Positions 1 to 12,505 of a stretch of 64,000 bases of DNA are shown one piece after another. Position 1 is the first letter of the stretch. Each line of letters starts with the position of its first letter. Made by a program: the position numbers and the translations under genes. The notes beneath the pieces are model-generated. The model saw nothing but the letters and a program-made list of their open reading frames with translations. It was not told the origin of the DNA and made no database searches. Source of the DNA: Rhina ancylostomus (lineage: Eukaryota); the NCBI GenBank assembly GCA_030265395.1, contig JARFYF010000112.1, forward strand, positions 77,389,880-77,453,879. The letters run 5' to 3'.

Positions 1-534
1 TTCTAAAACAGTCCAATGTGAAATGTTCTGAGCACAAATTGCTATTTTTGGTTGGTATAAAATTCTGTCTTCTTACTGCATCCAGCCACTTCTTACAGAG
101 CTCCGGTCACTTCAGGAGAAACCTCTAACATCCCACTTCATTCAACTTCCTTCCTTCCATCTGGCGCCACTCAAGGAGCGGCCTGTCCGGTCACCCAGCC
201 GGCCCACGCCAAGCTCTCAGTGCGCCAGCTGAGCTCTGCAAACATCTGCTTGAGGATTAAGCAAGTATGTCCCAGTATCAAAGCTTTTATTAAGTAAGAT
301 GACCTCAGCCAAAGCAGCATCAGAATAATAGAGTTAAACCCAGTATGACCAAGTTTCCCAGAGATGGATAACATGGAAATGAGTGCACACATTAGTAAGC
401 ATTTGGATGAAAAAAAATGGCAGGATACTTGTGCCTGTTGAACCCTATCCATGTAATGCCAGAAAGAGACATGATGAACAAATTGAGAAGTGCTGAGAAA
501 TTGTTATCTTTTACATGCTGGTCAGTACTACAGT

Positions 535-1330
535 AATAAAGTAGTTGTATTACCAGACTAGAAATTTGGAGGCATGAACTGTTGATTCAGAGGCATGAGT
601 TCAAATCGCACCATGGCATCTGGGGAATTTAATTAAATAAATTGAGAGATAAAATAAGTAATGATGAGTGTGAAATGTAAAACACAAATCACAGGAACAG
701 AAGAAAGCCTGTTGATTTCTCAAGAGTGCTCCAGTGTTCATTAAGCTCATGGCTGATCCTCTCTTTGTTTTAACACTACTTGTCTGTTTTCTCCTCATTG
801 TCCTTGACTCTTTATAGTTCAAGCGTCTGTCACTCTTTGCTTTGAATATATGAATATATTAAATGACATGCTCCCCACCCCTACAACTCTCTTGGATGGA
901 GAAGTCCAAAGATTTGCAACCCTTCGAGAGAAGAAATTCCTTCTCATCTGATGTAAATGGGCAACCTCTTATCCTGAAGTTATTCTGAAATTATGACTCT
1001 GAATTTTAAATGCCCTGAATAAGGGAAACATCCTCTTAGCATTAAACCTGTTCCATGTTTCAATAAGATCGATTCTCATTCTTCTAAAATCCAATGAGAA
1101 TAAGCTCAATTTGCAGATTGTTGAATGAATCAAATTTTTCCATCAGTGGAAAAATCTGCTTTCTTTATTGTCTCTGGCTGTTGTGGTTCCATACTCAGAC
1201 TGCAATATTGACTCTTAATTATCGCCAAAATGAAGAAGTCAAACCACCTAATTTAAGAGCAATAAGGATGGAGATTAATTAGGCCTTGCCAACAACACTT
1301 ACATGGGGTGGTCAGATTTAATTTAAAAAG
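535..1330 (+). mobile_element. tRNA-derived SINE with LINE-like 3' tail, split by a CR1 insertion (SINE parts ~535-690 and ~1140-1330)
   Basis: B-box-like head GAGTTCAAATCGCACCATGGCA at ~598-620. The body resumes at ~1148 (GGAAAAATCTGC...TTGACTCTTAA...GCAATAAGGATGG...GGCCTTGCCAACAACAC) and is colinear with the copy at 26278-26636. Confidence 0.65.
690..1140 (-). mobile_element. Old CR1 LINE 3' fragment inserted in the SINE
   Basis: Typical antisense CR1 3' sequence (…GAGAGAAGAAATTCCTTCTCATCT…, CTCATTCTTCTAAAATCCAATGAG). Confidence 0.7.
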
Positions 1331-3053
1331 CTACCCAAATGCATAAACCTTTTATAAATGCACAAAAAGAATAGATGAAGGGGAAGATACCGACAATGAA
1401 GTGGAAAGGAAGGACAACCAAGGAAAGTACCTCATTGAGGAGAACATTCTTCCAAATTTCATGTACAGCAGAAGATTTGATAAAAATACAATGTCTACTA
1501 TGCTTGATAAATTGTTCTCACAGGATTAACATCTTCAAAAGGAGATATAACATTTCATCTACTATTGTATCAGTGTGCATTAGACAGATCAAGTTCGGCA
1601 GAAGTAAAATGGAGCTGACTATTATTTCAAAACCTCTACCAGTTACACATGAAACCAATTGAATGTAGACAACTCCTTTATCCATCCAGCTAGATACTAA
1701 GATCCACAGCTATGGGCCAGAATGTCATGCCTTCATTTTCCAACCTGACAATAATAACCACAATGCCTTCCACATGGCAAAGCCTTAATAGCATCTCCCT
1801 TCAGAGAACTCTGTGCCACACCAATCTCATCGGCACTTCTGGGAGCTCGTATGACCAGTCCCATGGGCACTGACAGTGCCAGCATTAAACACACATCCCC
1901 AAAAATTTACTGTTATGTTAACAAGCAAGGTTTGATACATGAATTCTCTTTACTACTAAGGAGCCTGGGAATAAAATGCCCTCACTGGAAGTTCTGCTAT
2001 TACCTGTATCATGAATCTTAATGCAGAGTACAGTACTTTACATTATTAAACCCAATAACTTATTCTGATCATACCCTTGGGTTCAAGTGTAATCGGGTCC
2101 TTTTCAATGAGGCTTGAATAATTTTGTTTCCAACTAAGTTTTCAATAAATGTTCCTATATTGTTGATAACATTAATCTGTCCAAATCTTAATGGGGTGCT
2201 GTGGTTTCATTTTTATTCAGGACCATCTCAGATATGTATTTTATGTGCTTTGTTAATAGATCTGCAGGTTTAAAATTCCTGAAGGGTATGGCTGCTCGAT
2301 TAAGCCAGCAAATATAATCAAGGCCAAGTCTATGGTGAGATGAGGTGGAAAACAAACAGATACCATATTTTATATCTTCAGAATCAGGGTTAGGTAGTGA
2401 GAAAGACACAGGTGCACTACTCTGTGTTGGAGTGTTGTTAAGATATGTTTTAGTAGGTGGGATGGAGAGATCTGTGGCAAAGATTAGTACTCGACTTGCC
2501 ATCACTTCATTCAGTCATTGACTTGTCAGTTGCATATATACCAAATCACTAATCAAGCTGAAAATAAGTATTTACAGACATTTGTCTATTTGTGCAATGT
2601 CATAAAAACATATGCAATAGCAAAGTAAACAATACACCTTACATTGGGATAGGAAGGAGAAACATGATACAGCAATGNNNNNNNNNNGCTGCTCTGCACA
2701 TTACCTTGCCCCACCCAAACCCTTTAAGTCCCAGACACAGCTGGAGATCCCATTCATTCCTTGGGTCTCACTCAGCGAGGGGTCTCCCAACTCCAACTCT
2801 CCATCACCTACCTAACTTCTGCCCCCAGCAAACAGACCAATTTCAACATCCTAATCATGTCCCTAATCATCCGTCCAACTAACTCTCCTGATTTTTCCCT
2901 TGAATCCCATACCCCTGCTCAATCCTCTCTATGATCCCATTCCTCATTTGTCTTATCACCCCATAATAAATAAAACATTATCCCCTTGGAAAGGTATGTG
3001 CCCAGAGAGAGAATACCCAAGTTTGGTGAAGACTATGCAATACATTTCATTAT

Positions 3054-3165
3054 TCTAGTGCAGGGTTACAACCTGAAGCATCAACAATTCTTTTCCTTTC
3101 ACAGATGCTGCTCAGCCTGCTGAGCCCCTCCAACTGATTGTTAGAATCTGGAGCAACAAACATCT
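3054..3165 (+). mobile_element. Degenerate Penelope-derived short repeat (decayed hammerhead core) with a short inverted tail fragment
   Basis: CTAGTGCAGGGTTACAACCTGAAGCATCAAC…CACAGATGCTGCTCAGCCTGCTGAG, followed by the inverted piece AGAATCTGGAGCAACAAACATCTG. Confidence 0.6.
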
Positions 3166-4984
3166 GTAGTCACTTGTGTCTTCATTTCATTATTCCTCTG
3201 CTTGCATATTGGATTTCCTGAGTGGATAGATTTAATTCTCCCATCCAATGTTGGCACTACTTAAAGAGACAAACTTTGCATGAACACTCTTCTAGTACAG
3301 GATCGTCTCTGCCTGATATGCCTGCATTTGGTCAAACAACAACCCAGCCTATTACCAAAGTAACTGCCTGTGAAGTGTCCAGTCCATATATAAACCAGAG
3401 CCAAAATTTGATTCTATTGCTGCCAAAACTCTCAATTGGAGAGGTGCTGTAATTAGATATATTCCATTTTATCAAGAAAATATAATTTCCAGTTTAGATT
3501 CAGCATTCAAGGAATCCACTCTTTACCTCGGGAAACATTTAGGATTTAAAAGACAGAAGAAACATGCAGAAACATTTGGTTTCTTTTCCTCTTATTTTTC
3601 AAGTTATATGATTTGTTGATAGGCTTTCTATCATAAAATTTGCTATACCGGGCCATATAGTTTAATTTCCCCAACCTCCACCCTCTCCAGTCACCGGCCC
3701 TCTCAGATCATCTCAAGCTACCCTTGAGCATCTTTGCTGCCACTGATTCCCACAGTGACTCAGAGACTCTGTTCTTTCCCAGGGTCTCCCCCACACAAGT
3801 CCTCCCACCTTTCAGTGGTCCAATGGTCAACCTCTGATCTGAAGTGAAATTTTGGTTATTGTGTTCCAGCCCAAGCAGATAGTTATCAGTTAAGATTCAA
3901 ATCTTATCAGTCTATGTTGCCCGTTGCTTTTCAGTTAATGAATTTTCTGCACATAATCACATGATCATAAGATCATGATGCTATTACATCTTCTGCATTT
4001 GCCCAACTTGCACAAGGCTATTTTCAGACATAAGCAATAACAGTATTCACTCTGGTACCAACAAAAAATTATTATCTTTATATGGATTTATTGTGGTCTA
4101 AAAAGTTTTTATCAATGTTGCGATTAACCAAGCAATTGAATGGGGATAAAAGATGATTGAAAGATGGAGTTTGTTGGCTAGAAATTCAATATTATTTTCA
4201 ATTACAATTAAACCTTCTGTATTTTATTCTGTTAATAGTGAGTCTAGCATATTATGAATATATGAACAACACACAGTTGGTTTATAGATTCACAAAATAA
4301 GTTTGGAATTTAGCTAGAAGCTGTGGTCTGTCTGTAGGTACTCAATTAGTATATATTTGATATTTATGGAAACCTTTATCCATGCAATCTTTAAAGAGGA
4401 ACAAACAGTTGCAGTTTTAAAAGCAGGATTATTTCACAGTCCAATGAAATGGACAAAAGCTAAATTTAACCATTCCTTCAAATTGTCTGAGCGTTTCATA
4501 TAGGTTGTTTATATCATTGCAACATCAACCAAAGGCCTGGTGGGAAGAAAGTGTAACAATATAACAGCACAATCTCACATTCTAATGTAGTTAAAGGAAG
4601 AGCCTCTAGACATGGGTATAATCCTTGAACCAATTACCTTCCTATAAAAACAAATAATAAAGTTATTAACAACTTCTGAACTTCCTTTTTCTGTGGGCAA
4701 TTTCAAAGTAGCAGAATCTCATTTTTATTCAGCCAAAAGTTTTATCAAACCTTTATCAGTGCTGTACTCTGGTACTAGAACAAATATACTTAATATGCAA
4801 ATAGTGCAATGTTCTTGCAATTAAAAACTATGTTTAAAAGTCTGACTGTACAAGTGTTATTATCCTTTCTGGTAGATAATACCATATGTTAAAAATATTT
4901 TTTAAAGAAATAGAAGAACCAGAGGCAGCCCCTTAACTGAGGGCAAAGTCTTGACCCCTTTCAATTGCTCTGCTATTTAAATAC

Positions 4985-5400
4985 TATCACAGGTCAGGAG
5001 ATTCTTGACTTACGGTCCTATTCTAACCCCTATATGCATTGTTTCCTTTAATATCCCAAAATTAATTGGCCTCTGTTTTGGACGTATTGAATATCCACAA
5101 TTCATTTGGGAAGAGAATTTCAAAGATTCAATACGCTTCAGGTGAAGAAATGTCTTCTCATCTCTGCTGTGAGTGACTGACTTTGAAGTTGTGACCCTGG
5201 TTACAGACGTCCCAGCCAAGAGAACCACCATTTCTGAATCTCATCTGTCAAGTCCCTTAGGAATTCTGTATGTTTCAAAGAGATCACCTCTCATTCTTCT
5301 GAACTTTAGACAACAGGCCAATCTGCATGAACTCTCATCATAGGACAATTATCTCCATGCTGGGAATCAATGTGATGAACCTTCATTACCCTCCCTCACT
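4985..5400 (-). mobile_element. Old CR1 LINE 3' fragment
   Basis: GAGAATTTCAAAGATTCAATAC…TGAAGAAATGTCTTCTCATCTC…AGATCACCTCTCATTCTTCTGAAC, the antisense CR1 ORF2 C-terminus. Confidence 0.7.
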
Positions 5401-5671
5401 AGTAATGGCAATAATGCTGCATGTTTAAATACTTTATCTATCCAAATAAATGATGTGCTTATGGAATATTAGAACACTGCAGCACAAAAATGGGCCATTT
5501 GGCCAAATGAGTTGGTGTATTTTTGTTTCTTTGTGGACCACGTGGATTAGGAAATTCTCAAAGCTGTTTCCATTGTCTTTCAGTAGCTTTGTTGGAATTG
5601 CACATAACCCACTTTTTGTGACAGAGAAATCCATTGTCTAACTGCCTTTTCTTGAAGCATTTAATCTTCCA

Positions 5672-5896
5672 CTTATTGTCTACCTGCACTGTACTTCCTC
5701 TGTAGCTGTGAGACTTTACTCTGTACTGTTATTGTTTTTACCTGTACTACCTCAATGAACTCTATACGAACTCAATGTAACTGCACTGTGTAACGGTTTG
5801 ATCTGTGTGAACGGTATGCAAGACATGTTTTTCACTGTACCTCAGTACAAGGGACAACAATTAATACAAGCAACAAAACTAACACCAAAACCAATA
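5672..5896 (+). mobile_element. Rex1/Babar LINE 3' UTR fragment
   Basis: CTGCACTGTACTTCCTCTGTAGCTGTGA…GTATGCAAGACATGTTTTTCACTGTACCTCAGTACA is the reverse complement of the 3' end of the element at 19387-21572. Confidence 0.75.
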
Positions 5897-6489
5897 ATCT
5901 CTTTAGTTATTTTTGATTGTTGATTCATTGTCATCTGCCTGAGCAATGGAAATTATCAGTGATAATTTACTGATTATGGCCCCTTAAAGCCCAAAAACAT
6001 CAAACTTAGTTTTCTGTCTTAAACATATAACTCCATCTCTGGTAGAATCCTGAGGACCTACATGACATCTTCTCTTGATCTGTAACAGCCTACACCACCA
6101 ACTATACACTGTAATCCATCTAAATCCACATAGATATTTAATATTGTCTCCTTGTTTTTGTATTGAATCTTAACTCACTGAAATGGGTTGGTTGGTGACT
6201 TGTGAAAGGCCAAAGGGCAAAAAATTCTTGAACGGTAACAAAACCTTTTAACAGAGATGGAATAATGAACAGACAACCAATTCACACTGAAGAACTGGTT
6301 TGCTCATTTGAATGTTGCATTGAGATTGTCTGCAGTCAGTGCTTTTAAATAAAGGCAGCCAGCTTTCCCAGACCTTAGGAAATACAGTACTTAAAAGGTG
6401 TGTTTGACTGATTCCACAAGCTAAATATATTTTTAGACTCTTTGCAGGCCAAGAGGAGTGGGAGTGCTGCAAATTCTCATTGGAACCTT

Positions 6490-6850
6490 ATTATTGAAAC
6501 TGCTTCTACTGCCTTTCAGCCAGTATGTTGCACATCAGAACATTTTTTTAAATGTTTCCTCATATTGTTTCTTATTCTTTAGCCAATCTATGTCTCCTGG
6601 TTACCATCACAACTGCTGCTGGAAACAGTTCTTTCCTACTTATTCTATCAAAACATGTATAATTTCAATAAGATTAAATCACCTTAAACCTTCTGTGCTC
6701 AGAGAACAACAGCAGTATCCTCCAGAGTGTCTCACAGAGCTGAAATTGTTATTGCTGGAACCATTCCAGTAAACCTCTTGCTCTTTCCTGGGTCTCTACA
6801 TCCTTCCTGAAGTGCGGTGTTCTGAACTGAACAGAATGCTTCAGGAAAGA
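6490..6850 (-). mobile_element. Old CR1 LINE fragment
   Basis: TTAAATCACCTTAAACCTTCTGTGCTC…CATTCCAGTAAACCTC…ACATCCTTCCTGAAGTGCGGTGTTCTGAACTGAACAGAATGCT, antisense of the CVQFW..RKD region. Confidence 0.65.
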
Positions 6851-8380
6851 GGTTCAATGGCAGCAAAGTCTGGAGGTCCAAGAAATATGATAGATTTACC
6901 ACACATGAACATAAACACACTATTTGTTTTTTGCTTTCAATATGTAACATCTTTATGGAAGGAAGGAAGGAGCTTTACACAGATGCATAATTGGGTTTAT
7001 TAATAATAAGGAAATTAGTTCAATCCATTTCTTTTTCCTTTTTAACTCTTTGTACTGAAATGGTCATGTCTCCTTGATGGAAAACATAGCCCTTCTTGTT
7101 TAATTTTGTTCATATGTTTTAACACAATACATATTGATATATTATACATCTGTAAATAAACCACAAAGAGCTTGCTGAAATTGCCTTTGCAAACCTGTAA
7201 CATGATTTGGCTNNNNNNNNNNNNNNNNNNNNNNNNNNNNNNNNNNNNNNNNNNNNNNNNNNNNNNNNNNNNNNNNNNNNNNNNNNNNNNNNNNNNNNNN
7301 NNNNNNNNNNNNTTGCCTTTGCAAACCTGTAACATGATTTGGCTTCACATTTTTGTAGCATGCCACAAATTTGTAACTGAAACATTTTCCATTCATTTCC
7401 ATCTGTTCATTTCTTTTTGTTCCCACAGGGTCTAACACCCACATACACAAATGTTCTATGAGACCTTGATTATATAATTACCTTCCATATCACAAAGTAA
7501 GAACACTGCTATCTACAGGATAACTACATTGCAGCTTTCATAGCAGCACTTTACACAATGTTTCCATTTTACTGAAAAATTTGCTTGCACAACAGCAAGG
7601 TACCACATGACTTTTTGAAAAGCTTTATAATAACTACTTACCTCGTCAATTAAATGTTACAAGAGGGAACAAAGCAGACTTAAAATGAGACCTCCCACAA
7701 CTACAGTGATGTAGCAATAACAATGAGAGTCTGAAACATGTCATGGTACTTGTCTTTATCCTGTATTAGAGGGTAAAGATCAAATCAAAGAAATGTCTCA
7801 ATGTTTTCTTCAATTAGTTACTTTAAAATAGCTAACTATATTTTGCATAGGGAAGTGCAGAATCCACACACATTTATTTCGCATGTGATAGTTTTGACCT
7901 ATTTATGAAAAGTGAGTGAAATAGAGGACCAATTATTTATTTTCTCCTGGAGGTGAATGAGGGAAAGAAAGTTGGTTTGATCAATTACTCGGGCTTGTTG
8001 CAATATCATCCTTTGCTGTTTAACATTCACCTGTGTGAGTAGGCTGGCCAGAGTTCTCTGTTTTAACAGAATTCTGAAAAACAACTGGGAAAGTGATCCC
8101 AGCTTTCTCTGTCGGATCCCAATCACTCGATTTTCGTTTTAATGTGTTCCTGAAGAAACTTAATTTGATTGAAATCTCTATCCTTTTGAAAACAACCTTT
8201 GATAGAAAGGAAATTTTTGCAGCAGGTTTCTGTACCTAGTGCAAAGGATGGAGTCTGGCTACCTTTTACATGTTAGTCAGATAAGGAGAATTGTTTCACG
8301 ACCTGGCAAGAAGATTGTGCAAAACAAAGAGGAAAGAATGGCAGAGTGAAAGGCTCATCAAAGATCCAGCACAAGTACAA

Positions 8381-8709
8381 GGGTGACACAATAATGCAGC
8401 TAAGAGAGCTGCTGTCTCACAGCTCCAGAGATCTTGGATCAATCCTGACTGCTGTCTGCGTGAGCTTGCACATTTTTCCTGATGCCATCTGAAATTCCCC
8501 TGGATACTCTGGTTTCGTCCCACATTCCAAAGACATGGTTCAGTTGACCATGGTAACTTGTTCCCAGTGTAAAAGTGGGTGGTGGAATCTGAGAGGGAGG
8601 AATTGAGGGGAAAATGTGGAGAATAAAATGGGACTACTGAGAATGTGTGCTTGATGATTGTTGCTGAATTGATAGGCCTGTTTCCATACTATCAGACTCA
8701 AAGACTACA
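8381..8709 (+). mobile_element. V-SINE (HE1-like, tRNA head plus CR1-type tail)
   Basis: Head GCTGCTGTCTCACAGCTCCAGAGATCTTGGATCAATCCTGAC, V-domain …GCTTGCACATTTTTCC…CTCTGGTTTCGTCCCACATTCCAAAGACATG, tail GGCCTGTTTCC. Confidence 0.75.
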
Positions 8710-9484
8710 ATGGGCCATGTGTGATCCTTATTGGATTCTATGGGGGTGGAATTTGCCTTTGGCCAGTGAAGTTAAACATGGGTGAGGATATTGTCTACTG
8801 CTTGCACTTGTCTCCACATATTTGGTTCCATACTTCATTGGAGAGGTCTTGTATTTAGTACTAGAAGCCAAAGAAACATTTATTTCCCCCCTAAAGCTTC
8901 TCACAAAAGAAATTAGCTGATCACTTGTGATACTACAAACCATACAGCAGTTTGGAAAGCAGGGCAATAAAGCTGGTGGAAGCATTGGAGTTTCTTCATG
9001 CTACCAAATAAGGTGGTGAATCCCACAAAATATAACTACAATGAGGTAAAAAAAGAAAACTTGCACTGGCGGCATTCAGTACAATAAAAAAGGTGATCTA
9101 AAAGTATAAATGTAGCAAGAGGTATGGATTTTGAAGATAGTTGATTGAGATGTACATTTTTTTTCTGCAGTAGATTTGAATCTTTTGTGTCCATGTGTAT
9201 AAACGAGTTGCTCATTGGGAGGTCATAGTGGATTTATAATATTACCTTCTACAGAATCTGGTCAAGACACACATTGGGACGATTGCAACTTTCCTTATGC
9301 CGGGCACTATACAGCGCAACTGATGGGGAATCTATGATGGATCATAAGTTCATTGTTTACATATCAGTTTTCATGTGAGGGAAGATTTCATTAATGTAAC
9401 ATTCCCAAAATTGAAGTCATTTCTGTGCCTCTTTTCAGTAAGCAGGGAAAGCATTCAGAAAACAAGCAGGGGAAAGAGAATATA

Positions 9485-9662
9485 AAGAACATAAGAAAGT
9501 AAGAAATAGAAGCAGGACGAGACCATTTGGCCTTTCATAGAGTCACAGAGTTGTATAGCACAGAAACAGGCCCTTTGGCCCAAACCTAATGTTGACCAAG
9601 ATGTTTAGCTCAGCTGTTCTGCCATTCAGCAAGACCGTGGCTGATCTTCCAACTCAACACCA
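9485..9662 (-). mobile_element. Two nested CR1-type 3' tails
   Basis: AAGAACATAAGAA…GGACGAGACCATTTGGCC is interrupted by CATAGAGTCACAGAGTTGTATAGCACAGAAACAGGCCCTTTGGCCC and then resumes CTGCCATTCAGCAAGACCGTGGCTGATC. Confidence 0.6.
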
Positions 9663-12169
9663 ATCGAAAGCTGAAAATAAAATCAAAAAGGAAATCTTTT
9701 CAGAGGTATTTGAAAAAGGTTAATGGAATATCTCAAAAGAACAAGGACATAATGAGTAAACTGAGTAACACTGGTGTAAAAATGAGAAAAAATGAGAAAG
9801 GCATAAACAATGTGTAAGGTTCGAAAAGAAAGTCGGATATTGGTCAGGTGGTGTAGGGTGAGACTATCGAATGACAACAAAAAAAGAACTGTTAAAAATC
9901 GCATTGGGTTCCAGCAGAGCTTGGGAAAGATGATGGTGATCTGATGGAAGTGTGAATTAGTTTGATAATGATGCAAGACGGAATGTTTTGAAATTGGTTG
10001 GTGCATCAGGGAAGACAATAAATAACTTCATCCCTCAGGTAATGAGTACTAGATTGAATTTGAGAAACTGAAGAGTGTAAATGATTACAGATGTTGGCAA
10101 AACCTGGGAGGTAGAGGAATATTTTTCCAGAAATAAAATAAATCTATAAGGGATGGATTTATTTTGGATAGCTTAAACTGAGCTGGCAAATGAAGGGATG
10201 ATGGATTGAGGACCATTACTTTCCTTAGCTCATTCAAAATGAATAAACATTTCCATAATTCCACCTGAAACAATTCTATGTTATCAGACATTGCATCAGT
10301 ATTTCTCTGCAGTATTAATCCAAATGAAGCATACTTTAGTGGAAGTGCTCTACTCAATATGAAAACCTTCTGTTGAGGATACTACCTGTTGAGCAAAACT
10401 GACAATTATTCAAATTCAATACAAATATCAGGAAACCATATTACATTATGACCATTCTACAGAATGATCAATTGAAAATGAGTTTAGGGTGCTCATTATC
10501 AAATTTACAAAGTGTCTGTGGTATTTTGGTCTATGTTTTGTACTCATAGCATCTGCATGACATTTGTTCATTTTATGGCTTGTGAAATAATGCCACATTG
10601 AACAACATAACCAAAATAATTGTAAAGTAGAATGCCATTCAGTCAATATGATCTCATTTTTCTGAAATAAAACACCCAAATATTTTTCTGTGACAGGGTT
10701 TTAAAAAGAATTCAGCTTTCTAATTTCAATTAGCTATTTATCATTCTCTACATATAGAAATATTTTTCTGAAGACAACTTCAAATCTATGCCCTTTAGTC
10801 CTGATGACTTGACATATTTGAGGTCAATATTTTAAAACTGCTTCCTTTGTCTTGTCAAGTGTCTTTTATGTGCCTCCTATGAAGTCTCTTTATTGNNNNN
10901 NNNNNNNNNNNNNNNNNNNNNNNNNNNNNNNNNNNNNNNNNNNNNNNNNNNNNNNNNNNNNNNNNNNNNNNNNNNNNNNNNNNNNNNNNNNNNNNTATTT
11001 CTGAAACTGATACACTCTAATACATGTATCTTCTCCTCTGATCATTTCTCCTCTATCATGCCAAAGTTCAGGCAGCTGAGATATAAAACCTGTTCTATCT
11101 TTCCTTAACAGAATGCAAAAAACTTACAAGGATTGCATTTCTTTCCCACTTCCCCACATATCATGTCAGCTGTATGTATTTAATATTTATTTCAATTGCT
11201 TTGATCTACCCTCCTTGTTTTTTTGTTGGGACCAAATGTTGCCTGTCAACTAAATTAAAATATTATTGACTCATTTTGTTTGTGATTTTAAGAGTTATCA
11301 CACAGAAGGAGTCTTTTTTTTAGGACTTTATTTAATCCCAATTGAAAGGACTGTACTGTAAGGCATCAAATTTATATTAATTCTTTCAGCATCCTTTCAT
11401 TAAATATTTTAAGAGCTACTATATATTTGACACAGTATGCTGATTCAAAACAATTCAGTCAATTAAGGAATGACACAAGTAGAATTTGATTGTTTTGCTT
11501 TTCATCATTTTAATTTAAAAAAAGCTACATGTGAATGTAAATCCACTACCCTTGCAAGCAGTACATTTCANNNNNNNNNNNNNNNNNNNNNNNNNNNNNN
11601 NNNNNNNNNNNNNNNNNNNNNNNNNNNNNNNNNNNNNNNNNNNNNNNNNNNNNNNNNNTTGACCTCTTCAGTAATGGGAGCAGTTTCTCTCCAATTACCC
11701 CATCAAACATATCAGGAGTTGGTACACCTTTGCTCCATGAAGAACAACCCTGATGTAATAGCAGGTAGTTTAATCAAGGAACATCTGCAATAATAATGCA
11801 CACAATATTCAGAGTGATGAGATGAGTGGAAGGCAAGGGCATGATGTGCAGTGGAATCCATCCTATTACTTCTTGAAACATGGTTTGCAATTCAGCCCAG
11901 CCTTTGCACTGATGGCCTCCAGTTTTAGTTGATAAAGATTTGAAGTGAAATATTTTTATATTATCTTCTGATAAGGAAAGAGTCTATTGAGTCCATCAAG
12001 TCTTTGCCAAATGTTAGACCATTCCTACCTGTCCAATTCCCATCAAATGCCCACTGATTCTTCAGCTACCTAAATACATGAGGGGTAATTTTTAAATTAG
12101 CCAATTTTGGGAAGACATATAAATTTACTCCAAGTGTATGACACCCAAAGCATGAAAATACAGAGAAAA

Positions 12170-12290
12170 ACTTGCAATTATTTTGCACTTTCATTATTTC
12201 AAGACATAGCAAAGCACTTCACAACCAATGATGTCTTTTATAAATGTGATCACTATTTTGTTGTAGGAAATGGTGGCAGCACAATTGATA
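12170..12290 (-). mobile_element. Deu-domain SINE (SacSINE1/AmnSINE-like) 3' fragment
   Basis: ACTTGCA…CAAAGCACTTCACAACCAATGA…TGTGATCACTATTTTGTTGTAGGAAATGGTGGCAGC matches the antisense Deu-SINE 3' region as I recall it. Confidence 0.55.
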
Positions 12291-12399
12291 TAATTCTAGA
12301 CACAACTAATTATTTGGAGTTAATAATGACTTTCATTTCCTGGGATTGTACCAAAGGCAAGAAATGGATGCTGAGGACTTGTGAGAGAAGGTTTGAATC

Positions 12400-12505
12400 G
12401 GAATTGGCTTTTTATTGTCAGATGTACTGAGATACAGTGAAAAGATTTTTGTTTGCATGCCATTCTGATAGATTATTCCATACATAATCCATTCCATGTA
12501 CAAGA
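12400..12505 (-). mobile_element. Rex1/Babar 3' terminal fragment
   Basis: TTTATTGTCAGATGTACTGAGATACAGTGAAAAG…TTGCATGCCATTC is similar to 19400-19470. Confidence 0.6.

Noticed and set aside
2260-2334. Possible plus-strand exon ICRFKIPEGYGCSIKPANIIKAKSM ending at GTGAGA
   Set aside because: The splice signals are plausible but there is no recognisable homology; it cannot be supported without RNA data.
7181-7344. Direct repeats with spacer suggesting CRISPR or a TSD
   Set aside because: The spacer is an N-gap, the context is eukaryotic, and contig overlap explains it.
8381-8460. tRNA genes at SINE heads
   Set aside because: Only decayed A/B-box-like sequence joined to SINE bodies; no intact cloverleaf.
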